Shown: piece after piece, positions 16,358 to 25,827 of the stretch
How the letters are laid out: each line of letters opens with the position of its first letter
Numbering within the stretch: the first letter of the stretch is position 1
NCBI GenBank assembly: GCA_903938935.1
Contig: CAJAFD010000523.1
Coordinates: 1 to 33,927 of the forward strand
Length of the DNA: 33,927 nt
DNA from: an uncultured Opitutia bacterium
Lineage (GTDB): Bacteria; Verrucomicrobiota; Verrucomicrobiia; Opitutales; Opitutaceae
Reading direction: 5' to 3'
Position numbers and translations under genes: made by a program
The notes under the pieces: generated by a model
Database searches by the model: none
Told to the model about the DNA's origin: nothing
Seen by the model: only the letters and a program-made list of their open reading frames with translations

Positions 16358-17419
16358 TCACTTCGCCGTAGTCACAAATTTCCGACTCACGCCTGTCGCA
16401 GGAATCGCCACGGTGTAACTCGCGCCATCGGCCTCAACCGCCAAACGCACGAGGTTTCCCGCGCAGGCCTCATCCGGATTCGCAATCAGATCGGGCGTCG
16501 TATTTCCCTCCGGCCCGACGCGAACGTTGCGGTGCACTTGAAACACCGCCGCGATCGAAGGGGTCGCGCGCAACGTCGCCCACGTCCCAGCCTCGCCACC
16601 TTTACGCGCGCCATTGTTCATCACGACGACGGTCGGTGCGAGCTGTTTGACCAGCGCGGGATGGTTGCTCACGTCGAGACCGTGATGACTGGTTTGGTAG
16701 ACATCGACGTTGCCGACCAAATCATGAGGCGTGACCAGCTTCGCCTCCATATTCCACGTCAGATCACCGCCATCGAAAAATCTGAAACCGCCAAAGTCTA
16801 AGCGCCAGACGGTGCTGTTAGCATTGTCGCTTGCGTCGACCGCTTTCGCAGGCACGTCCGTAAACAACGTTTTCTTCTGCTGATCGGGCGTAGCCGCAAC
16901 GAACTGCTGATTCACCGCCAAGCAACGCAACACCGGCGCCGGCTGGCCCGAGACTCCGCGCAACGCGATCACAGTTCCGGGCAAAACCCGCTCCCGCTTC
17001 GCCGCAATTTCACGGTACGGTTTGATCTGGAGCTGAAAACTCGACGCCGCGCGCCCATCCGGATCACGCTCCGGGATTCCTTTATCGTGAATCGTAACGA
17101 CGGGCAACGCTTGGGCGACTTCCGCCGCGCCGCCAAAATGATCCCCGTGAAAATGCGTCACGATTAAGTGATCGATCTGTTTAATACCCGCCGCGCGCGC
17201 CGCCGCCACAATCCGGCCGGAATCGCGACCGCCGGGATTACCTGTGTCGATCAACACGGATTCACCCGCCGGCGTAAGGATGAGCGTCGAACCGCCGCCT
17301 TCGGAATCGATCCAAAAAATCTCCAAACCGCGCTTGGGCAGATCCGCCGCGCAGGCTACCGTGGCAACAAACCAGAGAGCCGAAATCACCAGCAAACTCA
17401 GCCGCAACGAGCGCTTCAT
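16358..17419 (-). CDS. Secreted metallo-beta-lactamase-fold hydrolase (ComEC C-terminal-domain-like)
   Basis: N-terminal signal peptide MKRSLRLSLLVISALWFVATVACA. MBL motif THFHGDHFGG plus a later SHHG. The ATG overlaps the upstream stop (17416-17419). Confidence 0.7.
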   Translation of the reverse strand: MKRSLRLSLLVISALWFVATVACAADLPKRGLEIFWIDSEGGGSTLILTPAGESVLIDTGNPGGRDSGRIVAAARAAGIKQIDHLIVTHFHGDHFGGAAEVAQALPVVTIHDKGIPERDPDGRAASSFQLQIKPYREIAAKRERVLPGTVIALRGVSGQPAPVLRCLAVNQQFVAATPDQQKKTLFTDVPAKAVDASDNANSTVWRLDFGGFRFFDGGDLTWNMEAKLVTPHDLVGNVDVYQTSHHGLDVSNHPALVKQLAPTVVVMNNGARKGGEAGTWATLRATPSIAAVFQVHRNVRVGPEGNTTPDLIANPDEACAGNLVRLAVEADGASYTVAIPATGVSRKFVTTAK

Positions 17420-18807
17420 TTTGAGTAATGCGCCGTGATTTTTTCCCCGACGTCACGGTAACCGATGTCTTCGCCGTAAATCAGTTTATATTCTGTGATC
17501 GCTTCCTCGGGTTTACCCATCGCCTCGTAACACGAAGCGAGTTCATAAACGACCGACTTTTTGGTTTCATCCATCGCGGCCAATTCCGCCTTCGCGGTCG
17601 TAAATTGCAGCACGGCGAGATCCAAAATTTTCTTCGACTTGAATCCGCGCCCGAGACCGATCAACGCCGCCACACGTACCTGCGGGCCCTTTTGCGCCTG
17701 CTGGAATTGCACGAGCGCCGCATCAACCTGACCCGCCGCCAAGAGCAACTCACCGAGCACCAAACGCGCCGGGAAATCGTTGGGGTAACGCTCGACCGTG
17801 CGCTTGGCTTCATTGAGCCGCCAAGCGGCCAATTCGGCCTTCGCCGCCGCCAACGCCGTCGCGAGGGCCGCATCGCCCGGCTGCGCGGCCGCCGCCGCTT
17901 CCGCGTTTTTCAAACGCCCATCGAGCAACGCCGTCTGCAATTCCGATTCTTCTTTTTCCAACGAAGGATCGGCCGCGCCCGCCGGCAAGGCCCGCGCCTT
18001 GCGCACCCAGGCCAACACCTCATCGCTGCGCCCGAGCTGGCGATAAGCCTGCGCGACCGCGCGGTAGTGATTGAGGTTCGCCGGTTCGGCTTGGACCCGA
18101 GCGAGCGCCTCGTCGACCAGACGCTGCGCCATATCGCCGCCGGTGACAACTTTGGCGGCCTGCTCGAGAGAAATCGACTGCGCTTCGTCGCGCAACTTGT
18201 CCCGGAAACTTCCCTGCGCATCCCAATTTCCCTTCGTGACCGTCTGAGCGACGGAAGCCTTGCGCAACAAACTCTGCGCCTCGGCGTCGGCTGGTTTCAA
18301 CTTGAGCAACGCATCAGCGGTCTTCACCGCTTCGGCCGGTTTGCCCGCCGCGATCCAAGCCTCTCCGAGCACGAGCAAATTGGCGCGATTGTCCGGCTCT
18401 AACTCACGCACGGCATCGAGCGCAAACGCCGCCGTCTCGAGCAAGCCCAAGCCGGTCGCCGCTTCCGCCAAAAGTTTCAGCGCCGCCACGCTCGTCGGAT
18501 CTTTCACGAGCATCGCCTCGGCTGATTCCAGCGCCTTGGCCGGATCTTTTTTGCCACCGCCAAACATCAAACCTCCGCCGGAAAAACCACCGAAAGCCTT
18601 CGCCATGAATTTATTTTTCGAGCGGAAATCGCGCAGTTGCGCGGCGCGTTGCAACCGGCGCACGGGCAGACAACCGGGCGCGCTTTTCAACACCTGCGCA
18701 CAGGCATCGAGCGTGTAATCGAGCTGGCCGCGATCGAGGGCGATGCGCGCGTTATCGATAAGTTTCTGCTGGCGAGGGTCGAGTGAGGTGACGGCGACTT
18801 CGGGCAT
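17416..18807 (-). CDS. Tetratricopeptide-repeat protein, cytoplasmic
   Basis: 463 aa, Ala/Leu-rich helical repeats throughout, with a Gly-rich linker FGGFSGGGLMFGGG. No signal peptide. Confidence 0.65.
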   Translation of the reverse strand: MPEVAVTSLDPRQQKLIDNARIALDRGQLDYTLDACAQVLKSAPGCLPVRRLQRAAQLRDFRSKNKFMAKAFGGFSGGGLMFGGGKKDPAKALESAEAMLVKDPTSVAALKLLAEAATGLGLLETAAFALDAVRELEPDNRANLLVLGEAWIAAGKPAEAVKTADALLKLKPADAEAQSLLRKASVAQTVTKGNWDAQGSFRDKLRDEAQSISLEQAAKVVTGGDMAQRLVDEALARVQAEPANLNHYRAVAQAYRQLGRSDEVLAWVRKARALPAGAADPSLEKEESELQTALLDGRLKNAEAAAAAQPGDAALATALAAAKAELAAWRLNEAKRTVERYPNDFPARLVLGELLLAAGQVDAALVQFQQAQKGPQVRVAALIGLGRGFKSKKILDLAVLQFTTAKAELAAMDETKKSVVYELASCYEAMGKPEEAITEYKLIYGEDIGYRDVGEKITAHYSK

Positions 18808-18852
18808 ACTTTTGGAATCAGCCGCCCCGCGCCGAACGCGTCAACGCTAGAG

Positions 18853-20202
18853 CTAAACGACCTCGAGATCCGCCCGCACCGCTTTTTCCAAGCGAGCCAG
18901 AGCCTCGGTCACCACGGCATCGCTGGGCCCTTCGACCAACAAACGCAATTTCGCCTCGGTGCCCGAGTAACGCACCAGCAAACGCCCTCGCGTCCCGAGT
19001 TCACGCTCGAGTTCCACGATCGCCGCCGTCACGGCTGGCAACGTTTCGAGCGGACGTTTGTCCTTCACGCGCAACGCTCGCGTGCCTTGGGGAAATTTCT
19101 GCAATACCTGCCGCAGCTCAGAAAGCGGCCGGCCCGTGGCCAACATCACTTCGATCACCTTGAGCGCTGCCACCAAGCCGTCGCCCGTCGGCGCGACTTC
19201 CGCGCAAATCACATGACCCGAGGACTCGCCGCCGAGCATCGCTCCGCTGGCCAACATTTCTTCGCTCACATAACGATCGCCCACGGCCGTACGACGCACC
19301 AGGCCGCCTGCGGCCGCGACCGCGGCATCGACGCCGAGATTGCTTTGCACCGTAACCACGAGCGTGCGTTTCACGAGGCGCCCTTGCGCCAACGCGTGCG
19401 TCGCGAGCAACGTCAGCACTTCATCGCCGTCGAGCACCACGCCACGTTCATCACACAGCACGCAGCGATCACCGTCGCCATCGTGCGCCACGCCCAACCG
19501 CGCCCCCGTCGCGAGCACGCGGGCCGCGAGCGCCTCAGGATGTTCGCTGCCTACTTGGGCGTTGATATTGGAACCATCGGGCGCATCGCCGATTCCCACG
19601 ACCTCAGCGCCCAGCGCGCGTAACACCGCCGGACTGGTCGCACACGTCGCGCCGTTTGCCGTGTCGAGCACGATGCGCCAACCTTGCAGGGCGCCCGCCG
19701 GCAACAGCGCGCACGCCGCCGCGATGTAAAGCGCACCCGCGTCATTCAGTGACTCGGGTTGCGGATGAACTCCTACGACAGGCGGCGCATCCGCCAGAGC
19801 TTGTTCGATCGCGTACTCTTGTTCGTCGGTGAGTTTCACCCCCGCGGCGTTGAAAAACTTAATCCCGTTATCCTCCGCAGGATTGTGCGAAGCGGTCACC
19901 ATCACACCGAGAGCCGCACCGCGCTGTTTCACGGCGCGCGATACCGCTGGCGTCGGGACCACACCGAGATCTCGCACCTGCCAACCGGCCTGCGCGAGGC
20001 CTGCCGCCACGGCCGCGACCAACCCTGCGCCAGAACCGCGCGTGTCACGCCCGATCAACACCCAGTCAGTGGAACCGGGCGCGCGTGCAGTCCGCAACCA
20101 CTGCCCCACCGCGCCACCGAGTTGAGACGCAAAACTTGCATTGATCACCGGGCCGCCAAATTTTCCGCGGATACCGTCGGTTCCAAAATACAGGCGCTTC
20201 AT
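18853..20202 (-). CDS. glmM: Phosphoglucosamine mutase
   Basis: Active-site TASHNPAEDNGIKF, metal loop HDGDGDR, 449 aa. Confidence 0.92.
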   Translation of the reverse strand: MKRLYFGTDGIRGKFGGPVINASFASQLGGAVGQWLRTARAPGSTDWVLIGRDTRGSGAGLVAAVAAGLAQAGWQVRDLGVVPTPAVSRAVKQRGAALGVMVTASHNPAEDNGIKFFNAAGVKLTDEQEYAIEQALADAPPVVGVHPQPESLNDAGALYIAAACALLPAGALQGWRIVLDTANGATCATSPAVLRALGAEVVGIGDAPDGSNINAQVGSEHPEALAARVLATGARLGVAHDGDGDRCVLCDERGVVLDGDEVLTLLATHALAQGRLVKRTLVVTVQSNLGVDAAVAAAGGLVRRTAVGDRYVSEEMLASGAMLGGESSGHVICAEVAPTGDGLVAALKVIEVMLATGRPLSELRQVLQKFPQGTRALRVKDKRPLETLPAVTAAIVELERELGTRGRLLVRYSGTEAKLRLLVEGPSDAVVTEALARLEKAVRADLEVV

Positions 20203-21245
20203 GATTGGTAAAATTCTCGCGTCGCCGCGATCTTGGCCCTCACGGCACCGCCGAGCAGCAGTTCACGACTCGCAGCGAGACCGTCATTCACGGATGACGT
20301 TTTGCCGGTGAGCCACAAGGCGACCGCAGCATTAAATGCGATCGTATCGACGAGTCCCGCCGGGCCACGGCCGGCGAGCAAAGCCTCCGTCAATGCGAGA
20401 TTGGCCGCGACATCGCCGCCCTGCAGTTCCGCAAACGGCGCCACCGCCAAACCAAAATCCTCCGCGCGCCACATCTCGTCGAGTTCACGCAACCGACCCG
20501 CGCCGCGCACGCGGTTCGGCGTCGCCGTGGTCAATTCGTCGATCCCGTGCCCCGGCCCGATCACGCCATGCGCGACCAAACCCGCCGCGCATTCGAGCGC
20601 ATCGAGGGCGCCGGCGAGTTTCGCCACCCAACTTTCGGCAAACACGCCGAGCAACACATGGGCCGGCCGCCCCGGATTGATCAACGGTCCGAGGATATTA
20701 AAGACCGTGCGTTGGCCGCGCGCGGCGAGGGCCTTGCGCACGGGTGCGATATGTTTAAAGGCCGGATGGTAATTCGGGGCGAAAAAGAAAACGAAACCCA
20801 ACTCCGCCAACGCTCGCCGCAATTTCTCCGGCGGCGCCGCCAGATCGACACCCAATCCCGCGAGCAAATCGGCGCTGCCACATTTTGAAGTGATGCCGCG
20901 GTTGCCGTGTTTCATTACCGGCACGCCCGCACTAGCCAACACCAACACCACCAAACTCGAAATATTAAACCCGCCCGCATGATCGCCGCCGGTGCCGACG
21001 ATATCGAGCGCACGCGCAGACCATTCACCCACGCCAGGATCCACCGCCCGCGCACGAAACGCTCGCGCAAATCCCGCCACCTCGGCCACCGATTCACCCT
21101 TCGCCGAGAGAGCCGTAAGAAAAGCCGCTTTGATTTCTTCGCTCTGCTCGACCTCCGCCAACGCTGCCGCCGCACCCTCGATCTGGGCGGGTAATAAATC
21201 TTGGCGGGCTTGGAGTTGAGTGGTGAGCGCGGCGAGGTCCGTCAT
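20199..21245 (-). CDS. trpD: Anthranilate phosphoribosyltransferase
   Basis: GTGGD and KHGNRGITSKCGSADLL motifs. Start at ATG 21245 (M25 of ORF 20199..21317). The stop overlaps the glmM start. Confidence 0.9.
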   Translation of the reverse strand: MTDLAALTTQLQARQDLLPAQIEGAAAALAEVEQSEEIKAAFLTALSAKGESVAEVAGFARAFRARAVDPGVGEWSARALDIVGTGGDHAGGFNISSLVVLVLASAGVPVMKHGNRGITSKCGSADLLAGLGVDLAAPPEKLRRALAELGFVFFFAPNYHPAFKHIAPVRKALAARGQRTVFNILGPLINPGRPAHVLLGVFAESWVAKLAGALDALECAAGLVAHGVIGPGHGIDELTTATPNRVRGAGRLRELDEMWRAEDFGLAVAPFAELQGGDVAANLALTEALLAGRGPAGLVDTIAFNAAVALWLTGKTSSVNDGLAASRELLLGGAVRAKIAATREFYQS

Positions 21246-21277
21246 GCGAACTTGAAAGAGCGCAGGCCTTCGCCGTC

Positions 21278-21292
21278 CGCAAATAAATTTGC
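21278..21292. promoter_or_regulatory. Second copy of CGCAAATAAATTTGC palindrome, in the trpD / uppP divergent region
   Basis: Arms GCAAAT-AA-ATTTGC. It lies 32 nt from the trpD ATG and 37 nt from the uppP ATG. Confidence 0.35.
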
Positions 21293-21329
21293 ACCCTCTC
21301 TCCAATCTTGAAAACAACCTGCTGTGCGA

Positions 21330-22334
21330 ATGTTGCTCATTTATATCACCGCGGCCTTAATTTCTGCCGAAGCCGCGACGACGACCGCGCCAATCGAGAA
21401 GGCTGCGGCGCCCGCTGCGGAGTTAAGCCTCACCGACGCCTTAGTGCTGGGAGTCGTCGAGGGCGTGACCGAGTTTTTACCCGTCTCTTCTACTGGCCAC
21501 TTGATCATCGCGACGCATTTTCTCGGGCTGGAGAGCGAACGTCCGCTCGTCGATAACAAAGGACAACCGCTTTGGTACCGCGCGCCGTCGCCCAAACATC
21601 CCGCCGGCATTCCTTTGACGGTAAAACTGGCCGCGGACACTTACAGCGTCGTGATCCAATTCGGCGCCATCGCCGCCGTAGCGCTGCTTTATTGGGCGCA
21701 GTTGATCTCGGTTGTACGTGGGCTGTTGGGGCGTGACCCGAGTGGCTTGCGTCTGTTGCAGCATCTCATGATTGCGTTCGTGCCGGCGGCCGCGCTCGGG
21801 TTTTTATTTCACGACTGGATTGATGCGCATTTATTTTCCATTCCAGCGGTGATTGCCGCGCAAGTCGCTGGAGCGGGGCTGATGTTTTATGCGGAGGCGT
21901 GGCGGCGGCGCCATCGTTCCGCGCAAAACTCGACGGCGCCCATCGAGCTCACGGCGCGTCAAGCCGCCGACATCGGCGCTTTGCAATGTCTGGCGCTATG
22001 GCCGGGCACGAGCCGGTCGATGACGACGATTGTCGGCGGCTATTTTTCCGGACTCGAGCCGCGACGGGCGGCGGAATTTAGCTTTCTGCTCGGTTTTGTG
22101 ACCTTAAGCGCCGCCACGGTTTATAAGAGTTACAAAAGCGGAGCCGCGATGCTCCAAGTTTTCGGCTGGTCGCACGTCGCACTGGGGGCGATCGTGGCCG
22201 CGATCACGGCGGCGCTGTCCGTGCGTTTTCTGGTGAACTGGCTCACGCGCCATGGGCTCGGCGCCTTTGCTTGGTACCGCTTGGGGGTCGCGGCGCTCCT
22301 GACCGCGCTGCTCGCCAGCGGTTTCCTGCAATAA
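21330..22334 (+). CDS. uppP: Undecaprenyl-diphosphate phosphatase (BacA/UppP) with N-terminal extension and loop insertion
   Basis: Signature VEGVTEFLPVSSTGHL. Multi-pass membrane protein. ATG 21330 (GTG 21324 also possible). Confidence 0.85.
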   Translation: MLLIYITAALISAEAATTTAPIEKAAAPAAELSLTDALVLGVVEGVTEFLPVSSTGHLIIATHFLGLESERPLVDNKGQPLWYRAPSPKHPAGIPLTVKLAADTYSVVIQFGAIAAVALLYWAQLISVVRGLLGRDPSGLRLLQHLMIAFVPAAALGFLFHDWIDAHLFSIPAVIAAQVAGAGLMFYAEAWRRRHRSAQNSTAPIELTARQAADIGALQCLALWPGTSRSMTTIVGGYFSGLEPRRAAEFSFLLGFVTLSAATVYKSYKSGAAMLQVFGWSHVALGAIVAAITAALSVRFLVNWLTRHGLGAFAWYRLGVAALLTALLASGFLQ

Positions 22335-22340
22335 GTGCGC

Positions 22341-22368
22341 TTGACGCGCAAAACCCTCCGCCTTAAAT
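22341..22368 (+). promoter_or_regulatory. Candidate sigma70-type promoter for rpmF-plsX-fabH
   Basis: TTGACG (22341-22346), 16-nt spacer, TTAAAT (22363-22368). Lies about 68 nt upstream of the rpmF ATG. Confidence 0.3.
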
Positions 22369-22435
22369 CCGACCCTTTCACCACATCATAGGACTCGCTT
22401 GGGCGACGTCCCCTCACACCTAACTCACCACTCAC

Positions 22436-22615
22436 ATGGCTAATCCGAAACGCAAACAGTCCAAACGCCGCAGCGCCAATCGTCGCGCCGCCAACGCTTT
22501 CATCGCTCCTGAATTCGCGAAGGATCCCGTCGATGGCACGCTCTACCGTCGCCACCGCGTAAACCCCAAGACCGGCCTCTATCGCGGCCGCCAAGTACTC
22601 AACGTCGAGGCCTAA
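22436..22615 (+). CDS. rpmF: 50S ribosomal protein L32 (Cys-less form)
   Basis: Hand-translated: MANPKRKQSKRRSANRRAANAFIAPEFAKDPVDGTLYRRHRVNPKTGLYRGRQVLNVEA*. At 59 aa it falls below the ORF-track cutoff. Classical position upstream of plsX. Confidence 0.85.
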   Translation: MANPKRKQSKRRSANRRAANAFIAPEFAKDPVDGTLYRRHRVNPKTGLYRGRQVLNVEA

Positions 22616-22655
22616 GCCTCGCGTTCCCTCCCTCGCCCCGCCACCCGCGGAGGAT

Positions 22656-23717
22656 ATGTCTTCGGGAACACCCCGTCGCATCGCAGTTGACGCCATGGGC
22701 GGAGATCTCGGCCCTGCCGAGGTCGTCGCCGGCGTCAAACTTGCGCAAAAACGCGACCCTCAACTCGACCCGATCACCCTCGTCGGTGATCAGGCTTTGT
22801 TGGAGCCCCTGATTCAAGAGGCCGGCCTGAGTCTCGGGCCCACCCTCTCCATTTTTCACGCCTCGGAAGTCGTCACCATGGACGACAAACCGCTGATGGC
22901 GCTGAAGAAAAAGAAGGATTCTTCGATGGTCCGGGCCATCGAACTCGTCAAAAATGGCGACGCCAGCGTGCTCGTCAGTTGCGGCAACACCGGCGCATTG
23001 ATGGCCGGCGGCACGCTACGCCTCCGCATGATGGAAGGCGTCAATCGCCCTGCCCTCGCCGCCGTAATACCCCGTCAAGGCGGCCACTTCATTCTAATCG
23101 ATGCCGGCGCCAACCCCGAGGCCAAGCCCGAGCACCTCGTGCACAACGCCATTCTCGGTTCGCATTATTGCCGCGTCATGCTCGGGATCGCCGCCCCACG
23201 CGTCGGTCTGATGACCATCGGCACCGAGGACGGCAAAGGCAACGCCCTGATCACCGAGACCAACGAACAACTCCGACGTATCGGCGACATCATAAACTAC
23301 GTCGGCCCAATCGAAGGCTTTCAAGTATTCACTGATCATGTCGACGTAGTCGTCTGCGACGGCTTCGTCGGCAACATCATGCTCAAGAGCTGGGAATCGC
23401 TCGTGAAGTTCTTCTCCGGCATGCTCCGCGAAGAGCTGCAAGCTAACCCCCTGCGCGCCGCGGGTGCCGTCTTGGCTAAAGGCGCCTTCACCGCCCTTAA
23501 AGAACGCATCAACCCCGAGCGCTACGGCGGTGCGCCCCTCCTCGGCGTCCGCGGCAACATCTTAAAAGCGCACGGCTCCTCCAACGCCCGCGCCATCAGC
23601 AGTGCCATCCACGCCGCCCGCGCCATTATTAAGGCCGACATGAATCTCTGCATCGAAGCCGACATCGCCCGCGCCAACGAGATCCTCAGCGGTCCCCCGC
23701 CCGCAACCACCCTTTGA
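22656..23717 (+). CDS. plsX: Phosphate acyltransferase PlsX
   Basis: 353 aa. [11 protein letters not shown]-terminus, SCGNTGA and CDGFVGN blocks. Confidence 0.92.
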   Translation: MSSGTPRRIAVDAMGGDLGPAEVVAGVKLAQKRDPQLDPITLVGDQALLEPLIQEAGLSLGPTLSIFHASEVVTMDDKPLMALKKKKDSSMVRAIELVKNGDASVLVSCGNTGALMAGGTLRLRMMEGVNRPALAAVIPRQGGHFILIDAGANPEAKPEHLVHNAILGSHYCRVMLGIAAPRVGLMTIGTEDGKGNALITETNEQLRRIGDIINYVGPIEGFQVFTDHVDVVVCDGFVGNIMLKSWESLVKFFSGMLREELQANPLRAAGAVLAKGAFTALKERINPERYGGAPLLGVRGNILKAHGSSNARAISSAIHAARAIIKADMNLCIEADIARANEILSGPPPATTL

Positions 23718-23740
23718 GGCTCCCTCTCGCCCGCGCCCGC

Positions 23741-24736
23741 ATGTCATCTCCTGCATCCACGGTTATTCTCGGCACCGGTGCGTACGCCCCCGCTCGCGTC
23801 CTCACCAACGCCGAGCTCGCTCTCACCATTGAGACGTCCGACGAGTGGATTCGCACTCGCAGCGGCATCCGCGAACGCCACATCGCGGCTCCCGGCGAAA
23901 CGACCTCCGACATGGCCGTGCACGCCGCACGTCTCGCCATCGCCGACGCCAAACTCCAGCTCACTGATATCGACCTGCTGATTGTTGCGACGATCACGCC
24001 CGATCTACCGATGCCCGCCACCGCGTGCATCGTTCAACATAAACTCGGGCTCGCGACCTCGACCGCATGTTTCGATCTCAACGCCGCGTGCTCCGGCTTT
24101 ATTTACGCTCTCGACACCGCGAGTGCGATGATCGGCTCCGGTCGTTACCGTCACGCCCTTGTGATCGGGGCCGAAAAACTCTCCTCCATTGTAGATTGGA
24201 AAGACCGCACCACCTGCGTGCTGTTTGGAGACGGTGCCGGCGCCGTCGTGGTGGGCGCCTCCGCCCAACCCAACGTCGGGCTCCTCGGCACCAAGCTCGG
24301 TGCCTATGGCGACTGCGTCGATCTCCTCTGCATCCCTGGCGGTGGCAGCAACGCCCCCGCGACCGCCGACTCTCTCGCCGGTGGCGACCACTTCCTCAAG
24401 ATGAAGGGTAAAGAAGTGTTTAAGTACGCCGTCCGCGGGATGGAAGAAGCCGCCCGGGATATTTTGGAACAACACGCCATTCCTGCGCATCAGATTGCGC
24501 TCGTGATTCCACATCAAGCGAACCTCCGCATCATCGAGGCCATTGCCCAGTACCTAGAGCTCCCTTTGGAGCGATTCTTCGTCAACCTCGACCGCTACGG
24601 CAACACCTCTGCCGCCTCGATTCCCATCGCCTTGGACGAAGCGCGCCGCTCCGGCCGCATCAAGTCCGGGGACCTCACGCTCCTCGTCGCGTTCGGGGCG
24701 GGCTTGACCTACGGTAGCGCGCTGCTTCGCTGGTGA
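23741..24736 (+). CDS. fabH: 3-oxoacyl-ACP synthase III
   Basis: Catalytic Cys in [10 protein letters not shown], then HQANLRII and [12 protein letters not shown] 23741 gives the typical N-terminus ILGTGAYAP (a TTG at 23714 is also in frame). Confidence 0.92.
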   Translation: MSSPASTVILGTGAYAPARVLTNAELALTIETSDEWIRTRSGIRERHIAAPGETTSDMAVHAARLAIADAKLQLTDIDLLIVATITPDLPMPATACIVQHKLGLATSTACFDLNAACSGFIYALDTASAMIGSGRYRHALVIGAEKLSSIVDWKDRTTCVLFGDGAGAVVVGASAQPNVGLLGTKLGAYGDCVDLLCIPGGGSNAPATADSLAGGDHFLKMKGKEVFKYAVRGMEEAARDILEQHAIPAHQIALVIPHQANLRIIEAIAQYLELPLERFFVNLDRYGNTSAASIPIALDEARRSGRIKSGDLTLLVAFGAGLTYGSALLRW

Positions 24737-24747
24737 TTTACGCCGTC

Positions 24748-25794
24748 ATGTCGAACCTATTTCTCCGCCGCCTGCCCGTCCTCGCGCTCACGCTCGCGGC
24801 TCTTTTTCTCGCCCAGCCAGCCCGATTGGCCGCCGATCTCGTCTGGAAACCCGGGACCGGCTGGCAAGTCGAAGGGGGAGCTGTATCCGGCCTACTGGGC
24901 AGCGATGGTCGCAACGCTGTCGATCTCATGAACAAGGCCCGCGAAGCCGAGGAAAACAAAAGCGTCGGCTCTGCCCTCAGTTCTTACAACAAAGTCGCCA
25001 AGAAATATCCGAACTCGATCTACGCCCCCGAAGCCCTTTACCGCGCGGCCAAACTCCACCTCAGTCGCAAAGAATACTTTAAAGCCTTCGAATCTTACCA
25101 AGGTGTCGTCGGTCGTTACCCCAACAGCAAATACTTCGCCGAAATCATCGGCGAACAATACCGCATCGCCAGCGCCCTCCTCGACGGCGCCCGCAACCGC
25201 ACCTGGGGTTGGCTGCCGGGTTTCCGCAACCGCGAGAAAGGCATCGAATACTTTGAGTTCTTGCTCATGAACGCGCCCTACAGCGACTACGCCCCGCTCG
25301 CGCTCATGAACATTGCCCGCGGCCACCAAAAACTCCGCGAACCCGAAGAAGCGATCGACGCCCTCGACCGCATGATCAATTCCTACCCTCAAAGCCTCCT
25401 CGCCCCCGACGCCTACCTGAAGCTCGCCCAAGCCCACGCCGGCCTCGTTGAAGGGCCTTACTACGACCAAGCCTCCTCTAAAGAGGCCGTCACTTATTTC
25501 GAAGATTTCATGATCCTCTTCCCCAGCGATCCCACCATCGCGGCTGCCGCCAAAGGCCTCGACAGCATGAAGGTCGTCATCGCAGAAAGCAAAATGAAGA
25601 TCGGCGACTTCTACCTCTACAAACGCAGTAACTTCAAAGCCGCCAAAGTTTTTTATAACGAAGCGATCACCGCCTACCCCGACTCCGAAGTCGCCAAACG
25701 TGCCAAGCTCCGCCTCGTCGAAGTCGAAGCAGGCGCTGAGGGCAAACCCGTCCCACCCGAAGCCGGCAAGAAAAAGCGTTTCTGGCTGTTCTGA
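24748..25794 (+). CDS. BamD/YfiO-like TPR outer-membrane assembly factor (no lipobox)
   Basis: Signal peptide MSNLFLRRLPVLALTLAALFLA. TPR-like repeats with YAPEALYRAAK and YPNSKY blocks. A GTG at 24733 is an alternative start. Confidence 0.55.
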   Translation: MSNLFLRRLPVLALTLAALFLAQPARLAADLVWKPGTGWQVEGGAVSGLLGSDGRNAVDLMNKAREAEENKSVGSALSSYNKVAKKYPNSIYAPEALYRAAKLHLSRKEYFKAFESYQGVVGRYPNSKYFAEIIGEQYRIASALLDGARNRTWGWLPGFRNREKGIEYFEFLLMNAPYSDYAPLALMNIARGHQKLREPEEAIDALDRMINSYPQSLLAPDAYLKLAQAHAGLVEGPYYDQASSKEAVTYFEDFMILFPSDPTIAAAAKGLDSMKVVIAESKMKIGDFYLYKRSNFKAAKVFYNEAITAYPDSEVAKRAKLRLVEVEAGAEGKPVPPEAGKKKRFWLF

Positions 25795-25827
25795 GCCTCC
25801 GCGCCTTCAGCGGATTTTTAAAGCGCC

